A DNA stretch of 64,000 nt from Bdellovibrionales bacterium (GTDB lineage: Bacteria > Bdellovibrionota > Bdellovibrionia > Bdellovibrionales > UBA1609): positions 512,001 to 576,000 of the forward strand of contig CBDBIB010000001.1 in the NCBI GenBank assembly GCA_965205945.1. Direction: 5' to 3'. Numbering within the stretch: position 1 is the first letter of the stretch; each line of letters begins with the position of its first letter. The notes beneath the pieces are model-generated. The model did no database searches. It was not told the DNA's origin and worked only from the letters and a program-made list of their open reading frames with translations. A program made the position numbers and the translations under genes. This document shows positions 38,759-47,939 of the stretch, piece by piece.

Positions 38759-40951
38759 CTATCTCATAAACAATAAATCAAAGTATGTTGGAAGTGGCCA
38801 AAGCTCATCAGTAATATTTTTTTCTAAATAAATAATATCATTAGCAATTTCTTCTGATAAAGGAAGCAATGTTTGAGCTATTTTATCAGCATCCGCAATA
38901 TTATGGTTTAGTCCTACAAGTCCCTGCTGCAAACTTTGTACTTTTTCATAAAGCCCTAAAATATGAGTATCAATATTCTTAAGTAACATTAAATCTATCT
39001 TCGCCTCAATTCCTACACTTTTTTGATGTTTAATCCCTTGAGCAAGTAAGCCTTTATATCTTATTGCAACAGGTAAAATATCCCTATGAATCATACTTAT
39101 AAAGGTTTTAAATTCAATTTCTCTATAAAGGCAATACCTCTCTACCCTAACATTAAAGCGCATCTTTAACTCAGCCTCAGAATAAATTTTAAGCTTAGTT
39201 AAAAACTCATTTGCTTTTGAATTTGTTAAAAGCCTTAACGCCTCAGGCGTTGTTTTCATATTAGGTAAGCCTCTTTTTTTTGCTTCATCTTGCCACTCTT
39301 TAGAATAGCCATCACCATTAAAAACAATCTTAGAACAATTATTATAAAGATCTTTTATAATTTTTATTAAAATATCATCAACCTTTTTACCCGTTTCTAA
39401 CTCTTTTTTAATACGTAAATTCACATCATTAAAAACATCTGTAACAGCTGCGTTTAAAATAGTTAAAGCAACTCCAACATTAGCAATCGAGCCCACCGCT
39501 CTAAATTCAAACCTATTGCCTGTAAAAGCAAAGGGCGATGTTCTATTACGATCTGTATTGTCTTTTTGAAGGGGTGCTAATTGATCCGTTCCTAAATTAA
39601 GAGTTTTTATCTTTTTTTCCGTATAAGTTTTCCCTGCAGCATAAGCCTCTAAAATTTCTGTTAATGTATCTCCTAAAAAAACAGAGATAATACTAGGGGG
39701 GGCTTCATTTGCTCCAAGACGGTGATCATTAGAATGACTTGCCACCGCAGTTCTTAAAGAACCTCCTCTTTTATAAACGGCCTCACAAATTATAGCAACT
39801 ATAGCAAGGAAGCGATAGTTATTATGAGGGGTTGGCGTCGGCTCTAATAAATTCCCAGTTTCTGCTGATCCCATAGACCAGTTTAAGTGCTTGCCTGAAC
39901 CGTTGATTCCTACAAAAGGTCTTTCATGAAGCAAACAAAAAAAACCATGTTTATCAGCAATATCCTTTAAAATCGTCATAATTATTTGATTCTGATCAAC
40001 AGCAATATTTGCTTCATCAAAAATAGGTGCAAGTTCAAACTGACCTGGAGCCACTTCGTTATGCCTTGTTTTAGCTGGAATCCCTAATCGATAAAGCTCA
40101 ACTTCAACTTCTTGCATATAGGCTAAAACTCTCTCCGGTACAGTTCCAAAATAATGATCCTCTAACTGCTGATTTTTAGATGGGGCTTGGCCAAATAAAG
40201 CTCTCCCTGTCATCATTAAATCAGGTCTTTGTAAATAAAGACCCTTATCAATAAGAAAATACTCTTGTTCACAACCACAACTAACATTAACTTTGTCATG
40301 CTTTTTTGAATCAGATTCCTCTAGTAAATTAAGAAATTCTGTTACTGATTTAGAAAGCTGGGTTATTGATCTAAGTAAAGGGGTTTTAATATCTAAAGCT
40401 TCTCCATAATAAGATACAAAAGCCGCTGGAATACATAAAGTTTTTCCATTAGTATGACTCTTTAAAAAAATAGGAGATGAAAAGTCCCATGAAGTATAGC
40501 CTCTTGCCTGAAAAGTTGATCTTGCCCCTCCATTAGGAAATGAGGATGCATCTGGTTCTCCTTGAATAAGCTGAGAGGCTTTAAATTTCTCAATGGGTTT
40601 ACCCTTTTCAATGGACAAAAAAGCATCATGTTTTTCAGCAGTAGCCTCTGTCATAGGCTGAAATAGGTGAATAAAATGTGTAGCGCCTTTACTTGTGGCC
40701 CAGTTAAGAACAGCAGCAGCAAACTTTTCAGCAAGGATCTTACTCAACTCTTTTTTCTTTTGAAAAACATCTTTTATTTCTTGCTTATCCGCTTTAGTTA
40801 AAATCTGTGATTCCATAAAGTTAAAAACATTTTCCCCATAATATTCACTCACTTTAAGTGGGTTCTTTTTTACGTCAGAAGGAAGATCAAACCTTCTAAT
40901 TGAAGTTTTAAAAAGATTTGATTGGGCTTTTAAGCGTAAACTTCTTATCAT
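38759..40951 (-). CDS. Glutamine synthetase type III
   Basis: AEKHDAF, QGEPDASSFPNGG.RSTF.ARGY, EQEYF, HNEVAPGQFE, NGSGKH, DRNRTSPFAFTGNRFEFR; 730 aa. Confidence 0.95.
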   Translation of the reverse strand: MIRSLRLKAQSNLFKTSIRRFDLPSDVKKNPLKVSEYYGENVFNFMESQILTKADKQEIKDVFQKKKELSKILAEKFAAAVLNWATSKGATHFIHLFQPMTEATAEKHDAFLSIEKGKPIEKFKASQLIQGEPDASSFPNGGARSTFQARGYTSWDFSSPIFLKSHTNGKTLCIPAAFVSYYGEALDIKTPLLRSITQLSKSVTEFLNLLEESDSKKHDKVNVSCGCEQEYFLIDKGLYLQRPDLMMTGRALFGQAPSKNQQLEDHYFGTVPERVLAYMQEVEVELYRLGIPAKTRHNEVAPGQFELAPIFDEANIAVDQNQIIMTILKDIADKHGFFCLLHERPFVGINGSGKHLNWSMGSAETGNLLEPTPTPHNNYRFLAIVAIICEAVYKRGGSLRTAVASHSNDHRLGANEAPPSIISVFLGDTLTEILEAYAAGKTYTEKKIKTLNLGTDQLAPLQKDNTDRNRTSPFAFTGNRFEFRAVGSIANVGVALTILNAAVTDVFNDVNLRIKKELETGKKVDDILIKIIKDLYNNCSKIVFNGDGYSKEWQDEAKKRGLPNMKTTPEALRLLTNSKANEFLTKLKIYSEAELKMRFNVRVERYCLYREIEFKTFISMIHRDILPVAIRYKGLLAQGIKHQKSVGIEAKIDLMLLKNIDTHILGLYEKVQSLQQGLVGLNHNIADADKIAQTLLPLSEEIANDIIYLEKNITDELWPLPTYFDLLFMR

Positions 40952-41031
40952 TTTATCTTTCCTTATTTTTTAATATTGCTAAAACTCTTAAAATAATTAC
41001 TTTTTTTTACCATAATAATCACTACTTTTCC

Positions 41032-42591
41032 TTAAGCTTTAAAGCTTTCTAACAAATTAATTATTGCCCGATGACCTTCTCTTCTTGCGTTATCAAGAGC
41101 AGTTTCTCCTCTACGATCTTTTATCTCTTTATCTGCTCCATTTTCTATTAAAAACTGAGCTATTTTTAAATGACCATGACCCGATGCGATATGAAGTGGC
41201 GTTCGTCCATCATAATCTCCCTTAGAAAGGTCTGCTCCTTGGGCCATTAACTGTTTTAACTCAAAAATATCGTTTTGAGCAGCCGACATACAAAGGGCCA
41301 CTGTATTGTGAAAAATCTTTTTATTCTTTCTAAGTCTTGGATCAACTTTTTCACTATCTGTTGCACTAAGATTGCTGTAAGGATGAAAATTAAAAATTTC
41401 TACTAACCATCTACAAAACTCAATTCCCCGCACAGAGTTTCCATTATTATCTAAAGGAGGGGACCAAATACAAACCCCCATAACGTTAGGAATAATAAGA
41501 ATAAGCCCCCCTCCCACTCCAGATTTAGCTGGCAGCCCAACAGAAAAAGCAAACTCTCCTGAGTAATTATACATTCCTGATGAATACATGAGAGACAAGC
41601 AATTCTTAATATTCTCAGATTCAAAAATCTTCTTTCCAGAAAAAGGATTCTGTCCTGATTTTGCCAATGTTGCTGCTGCAATGGCAAAATCATCTGTTGT
41701 AAGCTCTACAGAACAACACTGCATATAAAACTCTAATGTTTTTAAAAGATTTGTATTCTTAGGAAAAGAGTCATGCTCATTCATAAAATAGGCAAGAGCA
41801 AAGTTACGATTTGCTGTTTCCTTTTCTGAAAGATAAACCTCATTATTAAAATAAGGCTCCATTCCCCCTGTCATCTCTTTCCACATATTAAGAATATAAT
41901 CAAACCTCTTTACTAAACTCATCTTCGTCTTAATAAGAGAGGCCGACATAATAGCTCCAGCATTAATCATTGGATTATGCGGTCTTTTCATATAATCTAA
42001 AGTAATTTCATCAAAACTATGCCCACTAGGTTCTCTTCCAATATATTTATGAACAATATTTTCTCCATGTTCCTCTAAAGCAAAAAGATAATTAAAAGGT
42101 TTAAAACAAGATTGAATACTAAAGTACTCCTTACAATCACCAAGAGAAAAACGTTGACCATCAACAGTGCAAATAGAGACTCCAAATTTATCAGGAACGA
42201 TTTTTTTAAGCTGAGGAATGTTTTCTGTAACATTTCCTTTTTTAATTTTTTTTACTTCATCATAAATAGGCGTAATTAAGTTAGTAAAATCTTTAAAATG
42301 AGGAATTACAAGTTTCCCCACTACGGCACGGTCAATTAAAGTTTTCGCACCCACCTCGTTCTTTAAACAATCTAAAAAATATTTTTTATCAATCCTGCCC
42401 TCTACACTAAAGGCATAAAAACGCTTAAAAAATTCTTTTAAACGCGGGTCATCTTTTTTTAAACCCCTTTTACCTAACTCTTCTTCTACAACTTTAACAT
42501 TGATAAAATCTAAATCGTTTTTTCCATCACCTTTAAGATTAAAAAATTTTTCACTAGAAGAAAATATTTCCGCTATATTTTCATGCTCCAC
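41032..42591 (-). CDS. glsA: Glutaminase with N-terminal helical extension and C-terminal ankyrin repeats (animal GLS-like architecture)
   Basis: GL..DDPRLKE, QSCFKP (SxxK), HNPMINAGA, SGMYNYSGEF, PAKSGVGG; ankyrin DYDGRTPLHIAS.HGH, DRRGETALD. Confidence 0.93.
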   Translation of the reverse strand: MEHENIAEIFSSSEKFFNLKGDGKNDLDFINVKVVEEELGKRGLKKDDPRLKEFFKRFYAFSVEGRIDKKYFLDCLKNEVGAKTLIDRAVVGKLVIPHFKDFTNLITPIYDEVKKIKKGNVTENIPQLKKIVPDKFGVSICTVDGQRFSLGDCKEYFSIQSCFKPFNYLFALEEHGENIVHKYIGREPSGHSFDEITLDYMKRPHNPMINAGAIMSASLIKTKMSLVKRFDYILNMWKEMTGGMEPYFNNEVYLSEKETANRNFALAYFMNEHDSFPKNTNLLKTLEFYMQCCSVELTTDDFAIAAATLAKSGQNPFSGKKIFESENIKNCLSLMYSSGMYNYSGEFAFSVGLPAKSGVGGGLILIIPNVMGVCIWSPPLDNNGNSVRGIEFCRWLVEIFNFHPYSNLSATDSEKVDPRLRKNKKIFHNTVALCMSAAQNDIFELKQLMAQGADLSKGDYDGRTPLHIASGHGHLKIAQFLIENGADKEIKDRRGETALDNARREGHRAIINLLESFKA

Positions 42592-42603
42592 ACTCCCCCC
42601 TAC

Positions 42604-42626
42604 TTGATTAAACGCTGTTTAATCAA
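42604..42626. promoter_or_regulatory. Perfect 10-bp inverted repeat just upstream of the glutaminase SD
   Basis: TTGATTAAAC-GCT-GTTTAATCAA. Confidence 0.5.
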
Positions 42627-42673
42627 AAAAAATATCTAACGACTCTTAAACAGTCAAGTTCCCTGTCCTTTTC

Positions 42674-45238
42674 TTATAAGTACTTAAAACTTACAATTGT
42701 GATGTCATCAAACTGATTAGCTCCGTCAGTAAAGACATCAATATCATTTACAATAGCATCCACTATTTTAAAATTATCACTATTTTGTAGTAAACTATGC
42801 AAACGAACATCTCCATAAAAATCTTTTTTCTTATTTTGAGATTCAACAACTCCGTCAGTATAAAGCACTAACGTATCTCCTGAATCTATTTTAATTTCTT
42901 GTTGAGAAAATTTAGCATCACTAAAAGTTCCGACTAATGGTCCATCAATTTTTGATAACTCTATAAAAGTACCTTTTTTACGTTTAAGATAAGGGGCATT
43001 ATGCCCGGCATTAGTGATCTGCATAACACCTGTTTTTAAATTCACAATACAAACAATTAAAGTTAAAAACATACAGTTATCATTATTATGTGAGAGCTCT
43101 TTATTTACACTAGCCACTAGTTCACTTACTTGAGTTTTAGCATTAAGCCCTTTACTTAAATGAATTTTTGCCATTGACATAAAAAGAGCAGCGGCAACAC
43201 CTTTTCCAGAAACATCGCCAATAGAAAAATAAACTATATCTTCTGTTATAAAGGAATAATCATAAAAATCTCCTGAAACAATCATAGCTGGTTGCAAATA
43301 AGCTTGCAGATCAAAATAATCACTGCTCAAAGGGGCCGGCAGCATTTCTATTTGTACTTTTTGTCCTAAAATTAAGTCATTTTCCATTTGCTCTTTTTGT
43401 TTCTTAATCGTTTCATAAGTTAAATTCAGCTCTTCATTAATAGTAAGAATTTTTAAACGATTCCAAATAAAAACAATCGTAAGAGCAATAATTAAAAAAA
43501 GAGCTAATAAAACTCCAATTAGATTTTGCCTCTCATAGAATTTAATAAAACTACGCGCTTCTTTTTCATGAGACTCTACAACAACCCCAAAACCATAAGT
43601 ATTATCCCACCTCCAAACTCCTAAAACATACTCCCCTAGATAGTTTTGATACCGTCTTAGTTTATCACTAGATTTTGCCTGTTTAACCGCAAGCGCAGGT
43701 TTTGTAAGCTCCCCTTTAAACTCAACCCTCCCCCCTAAAATTGTTTTCTTCTCTTTACCTACTTTCCTTAAAACTTGTTCTCTCCACCTTCCTTTAGTAA
43801 CAAATTCTCCGAAAAGATTTATCATATAAACATCGCCACTCTTTCCAAAGAAATTTCTTTTAAAAATTTGATTTAATCTTTTTTTAGATGAAATTAAAAA
43901 ATAAACAAACCCACTTCCTTCTGGCAGAGGAGAACGAAATACAATTTTATTTAAAAAAGCCTCCCTCCCAACTCCTTTACTGTTTGGAATATGAATGTCT
44001 TTGTGCAAAAAACTATCTTCCTGATTAGTTATACTAAGAGAGTTAATATTCTTACCTATAAGATTCGTTAGATTACTAGAGGCAATAATTCCCTGAGAAT
44101 TTGTTAAGAAATAATCTGTAAAAAGATCTTTTTTTAATAATTCACTGCTTTGTAATTTTTGGTGAAAAGAGGTGAAAATATTTTTTTCAATCTCAACAAA
44201 ATACTTAGAGGCAATGTGTAATTTTATTACTTTAGAAACATGTCTTATTTCAGAGCGCACCTCTTCTAGCCAATCATAAACACTATAATAAACTTTATTT
44301 AATGTTGATTCATGAACAAGTTCAACATTTTGATTTGCTGCTGCTTTTATATCTTTTAAAAAATACCAAGAAGAACCCATTATCATAAAAATGATAACAA
44401 AAGAAGACATCATAAATGGCCACTCTTTCCACACTCGATTTGTAAAAAAATATAAAAAAGGCCGATTTTTTGTTTTTTTTGATCCAAAAGAAATGAGAAA
44501 GAAAGAAAGAAAAATAAGTACAATAGAGACAATCATTGTCACCAACAAAACAAAACTTAATCTTTTTCGTTTTTCATAATGAAAAAGAATGTCCTTTTTT
44601 GTTCTTTTTTCAATGGATTCAAAAAACTCATTTAAAGGCTGCATGATTTTTTCTTTAGCAACATGGTAATCTAAACCGTGCAAAATCTTTCTTGCATAGG
44701 ACTGATCCGCCTCTTTTTTTATGTTATACTCTCCAGACGGTCCCTTATAAAGCCCCACCATAGCATTCATTGCCTCTGTCTCAAGAGATACAAGCTCATT
44801 GGAAAGTCGCTCCGCATTTTCAAGTAAAAGAAACTCCTCTGTAGTAAACCCTGCTTTTTTCATCAAGGTTTTTAATGGCACAAACTCATTTCCTTTAATA
44901 CTTTCTTTCCCTCTTGCAAGAACAAAATCCCAATAAATGCGATGATAGTTTTTAGGTCTTGCTTTTTTTCCGTCTCTAATGTCTAAAATTTCTTGAAAAT
45001 AATCTTTAAAGAGCCTATTACCCGTTACAGTATAAGTCCTTGCCATGCGAGTAAGCTCATCAGAGCTTTGCTTTAATTCACTAGCAAGTAAATAAGACTC
45101 ATATCTTTGGGATTCTTTTTTTACTGTCTCTTGTTCATTTTTAAGGATTTGATAAAATAGACCTAAATTAAATAACGTCAGCAGTATTAAGGAAATAAAA
45201 ATAGCGTAAAGACTTTTTTTAGAAAATGCATTATTCAT
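42674..45238 (-). CDS. Membrane sensor RsbU/SpoIIE-type PP2C phosphatase with two extracytoplasmic domains
   Basis: Four TM helices; VSGDFYD, GDVSGKG, NAGH, YTDG, DDIT. Confidence 0.92.
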   Translation of the reverse strand: MNNAFSKKSLYAIFISLILLTLFNLGLFYQILKNEQETVKKESQRYESYLLASELKQSSDELTRMARTYTVTGNRLFKDYFQEILDIRDGKKARPKNYHRIYWDFVLARGKESIKGNEFVPLKTLMKKAGFTTEEFLLLENAERLSNELVSLETEAMNAMVGLYKGPSGEYNIKKEADQSYARKILHGLDYHVAKEKIMQPLNEFFESIEKRTKKDILFHYEKRKRLSFVLLVTMIVSIVLIFLSFFLISFGSKKTKNRPFLYFFTNRVWKEWPFMMSSFVIIFMIMGSSWYFLKDIKAAANQNVELVHESTLNKVYYSVYDWLEEVRSEIRHVSKVIKLHIASKYFVEIEKNIFTSFHQKLQSSELLKKDLFTDYFLTNSQGIIASSNLTNLIGKNINSLSITNQEDSFLHKDIHIPNSKGVGREAFLNKIVFRSPLPEGSGFVYFLISSKKRLNQIFKRNFFGKSGDVYMINLFGEFVTKGRWREQVLRKVGKEKKTILGGRVEFKGELTKPALAVKQAKSSDKLRRYQNYLGEYVLGVWRWDNTYGFGVVVESHEKEARSFIKFYERQNLIGVLLALFLIIALTIVFIWNRLKILTINEELNLTYETIKKQKEQMENDLILGQKVQIEMLPAPLSSDYFDLQAYLQPAMIVSGDFYDYSFITEDIVYFSIGDVSGKGVAAALFMSMAKIHLSKGLNAKTQVSELVASVNKELSHNNDNCMFLTLIVCIVNLKTGVMQITNAGHNAPYLKRKKGTFIELSKIDGPLVGTFSDAKFSQQEIKIDSGDTLVLYTDGVVESQNKKKDFYGDVRLHSLLQNSDNFKIVDAIVNDIDVFTDGANQFDDITIVSFKYL

Positions 45239-45466
45239 ATTTTATTTTTTTACCTGAAAAAATTTATTTTTTTATAATAACTAAAAAATTTTGCCTAGCT
45301 TTATACGCAAAGTTTAATTTTTAAAATCCTAATAATAACCTTTTCTACCTATTTACAAAAAAAGAGAAATCCTCATAATAAAAAGCACTTTTAATATGAG
45401 CCAGCATCAGTCCTCTTTAAACCTGTCTTATTTAACTAGCTTCTCTATTTTCTTTAAAAAAACCCC

Positions 45467-45826
45467 TCATAAAGACAATACTTTAAGGGCGGCTTCTTTA
45501 TCATCATAAATTTGTAATACGTTTGCTAAAGAGGCAAGGTCTAATATTCGCTTAACATTCTGACTCGGAGAACAAAGCCCTACTTCTCCATTTTTTAATT
45601 TCATTTTCTTTGCTGAAAATAAGAAAATTCTTAAACCAGCACTGGATATATAAGAAAGTTCACCTAAATCAAAAACCAGTTTTTTACTCTTACCTTCTAA
45701 GATAGATCCTATTTCACCATTAAGATTACTCACCATGCTTGCATCAAGATGACCACTCAAGTAACAAATTGTAACGCCCTTTATTTCCTCTATTTTTAGC
45801 ATTTTATTTTCTGCCATATTTCCCAC
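45467..45826 (-). CDS. STAS anti-sigma-factor antagonist (RsbV-like)
   Basis: GHLDA, FDL..LSYISSAGLR phospho-Ser motif. Confidence 0.93.
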   Translation of the reverse strand: MGNMAENKMLKIEEIKGVTICYLSGHLDASMVSNLNGEIGSILEGKSKKLVFDLGELSYISSAGLRIFLFSAKKMKLKNGEVGLCSPSQNVKRILDLASLANVLQIYDDKEAALKVLSL

Positions 45827-45850
45827 TCTTGTTTTATTGTTTACTTCTAA

Positions 45851-46273
45851 TTAATAATTTTTATGCAATATAATTTTGTTGCCATTTTCCATTGGATAGT
45901 AATTAAATTTATCAGATAAATTCTTTATTAAATGAATTCCAATTCCTCCAATCTTACAACTTTCTAAATTTGCGGCTAAAACTGGATCATAAGTTTGTGT
46001 TAATGGATTAAATGGAGTTGCGTTATCTGTAATTGTAACCACATAATTATTACAATCCTTTTCAATAAGAATAGCCACATCAGGTGTTCTTTTAATTCTC
46101 TTAAAACCATAATCAAATATATTAATAACTAACTCTTCTAAACAAACATTAAGATCAAAATACTTATCATCTAAATCACCACTACAACTTTTATAATAAT
46201 CTTTAAAAACTTCACAAAAAGTTTTAAAATCTTCTTTTTTTGTAAGAGAATGAGTCAAACTATTTTTTTTCAT
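45851..46273 (-). CDS. Anti-sigma factor / Ser kinase (RsbW-like HATPase)
   Basis: LEELVINIFDYG N-box, ITDNATPFNP, IGGIGIHLIK G-box. Confidence 0.9.
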   Translation of the reverse strand: MKKNSLTHSLTKKEDFKTFCEVFKDYYKSCSGDLDDKYFDLNVCLEELVINIFDYGFKRIKRTPDVAILIEKDCNNYVVTITDNATPFNPLTQTYDPVLAANLESCKIGGIGIHLIKNLSDKFNYYPMENGNKIILHKNY

Positions 46274-46285
46274 AAAAACCTCCCT

Positions 46286-47653
46286 TTATTTATCCTGCAT
46301 ATTATCTAAATTAAGAAATTCAGGGTAAGCTTCTACTCCTAACTCAACTAAATCTTGCCCTAAAAACTCTTCATCTTCAGAGATTCTAATTCCAAAAAGC
46401 CTTTCTAACAACAACCACAATAAAGTAGAAGTTATAAGGGTGAAAGCTGCAACACTTAAAACCCCTATAAGCTGAGTTTTAAAAGAAGCCTCAGTAAAAA
46501 TCCCAACAGCTAATGTCCCCCATACCCCTCCAACTAAATGCACTGGAATAGCACCAACAACATCATCTATTTTTAATTTTTCTAATAAAGGAATTGAAAG
46601 GGTTGCAAAAAGACCTCCAATAGCTCCAATTAAAAGGGCTAATCCAGGATTTGTAATGTCTGGTCCAGCAGTGATGGAAACAAGACCTGCAAGTGCTCCA
46701 TTTAATACAGTCATAATTCTCATTTTCTTATAATAAAAAAAACAAAAAGCAACAGTACTACAGATTCCCGCTGCTGCTGCAAGATTTGTATTAAAAAAAA
46801 CAATTCCCATATTCACTGCATCTAAACCCCTAGCATAACTTAAAACAGAGCCTCCATTAAAACCTAACCAACCAAACCATAAAATAAAAACTCCTAAGGT
46901 AACCAAAGGAACATTAGACGGTGGCGTAGGAACTACTTCACCATTTTCTTTAAACTTTCCTTTTCTAGCCCCTAAAAAAATAGCTCCAGTAAGTGAAGCC
47001 CAACCTCCAAGAGAATGAACAATGGTTGATCCAGCAAAATCTTTAAACCCTAGCTGTCCAAGCCACCCATTCCCCCAAGTCCATGCACCCACAGTTGGAT
47101 AAATAAAAATAGAAAGAACCCCAACGAAAATAAGAAACGGCCATAGCTTTACTCTCTCAGCTAGAGCCCCCGATATAACTGAAGCCGTTGTTGCTACAAA
47201 AACACTCTGAAAAAGAACCCCTGCTAGAGAAAAATAACCCCCTTCTACAAGTGAACTCACAGCCCCTATTTGCTTTGAATCTGCTAGAAACTGGAGCTCT
47301 TCTGGTTTTAAATCTACAAGAAACTTAAAAGTTCCTATCCATGTTCCCACATCTTCAAACATAAGGTTATAACCCAAAAAATAATAGCAAAGACAAGCAA
47401 GAGCATAAATAGTAATGTTTTTAAGACAAATAATACTCACACTTTTTGAGCGAACAAGGCCACTTTCTAGCATACAAAAACCTGCGGCCATAAACATAAC
47501 CAAGGCGCTTGCTAGTAAAAGCACGAGTGTTGTAAGCATATAAGAAAACTCTTGCTGCTGCATTTGAACAAAACCCTGACTTGCTAAGGCAGGGCTTAAA
47601 TAACAAAATAAAAAAGCACTTAATGCAACAATCTTAATACAGGTAGCTTTCAT
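46286..47653 (-). CDS. amtB: Ammonium transporter
   Basis: GF.MLESG, SGALAER, DFAGSTIVH, WFGW.GFNGGS, NG.LAGLV.IT, DD.VGAIPVH (twin His intact). Confidence 0.96.
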   Translation of the reverse strand: MKATCIKIVALSAFLFCYLSPALASQGFVQMQQQEFSYMLTTLVLLLASALVMFMAAGFCMLESGLVRSKSVSIICLKNITIYALACLCYYFLGYNLMFEDVGTWIGTFKFLVDLKPEELQFLADSKQIGAVSSLVEGGYFSLAGVLFQSVFVATTASVISGALAERVKLWPFLIFVGVLSIFIYPTVGAWTWGNGWLGQLGFKDFAGSTIVHSLGGWASLTGAIFLGARKGKFKENGEVVPTPPSNVPLVTLGVFILWFGWLGFNGGSVLSYARGLDAVNMGIVFFNTNLAAAAGICSTVAFCFFYYKKMRIMTVLNGALAGLVSITAGPDITNPGLALLIGAIGGLFATLSIPLLEKLKIDDVVGAIPVHLVGGVWGTLAVGIFTEASFKTQLIGVLSVAAFTLITSTLLWLLLERLFGIRISEDEEFLGQDLVELGVEAYPEFLNLDNMQDK

Positions 47654-47939
47654 AAATAATAACCTCTTTTATACACAAACAGGTAACAGTTTTAATTAAG
47701 TTAATCAATTATATTGAAGCCAAATAATAAACCCTAAGATCATTGCGCGACGCAGTGAAACCAATGACACAAAACCTTTATAAAGGCTAAAACCTCTTAG
47801 AAGAGCCCTACTAGAAAAAATAATAATAGCTTTTTTATAACACATTAAAAAAGGACTTAACTACCTTCAATTTTCATTCTAAAACTCTAAATATACCAAA
47901 TAACTTAGCTTTAAAAAACAATAGAGCAAATCACCTAAA

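Noticed and set aside
47654..47939. Sigma54 promoter or glutamine riboswitch upstream of amt
   Set aside because: TTGGC is present but there is no GC at the -12 position; no riboswitch core recognised
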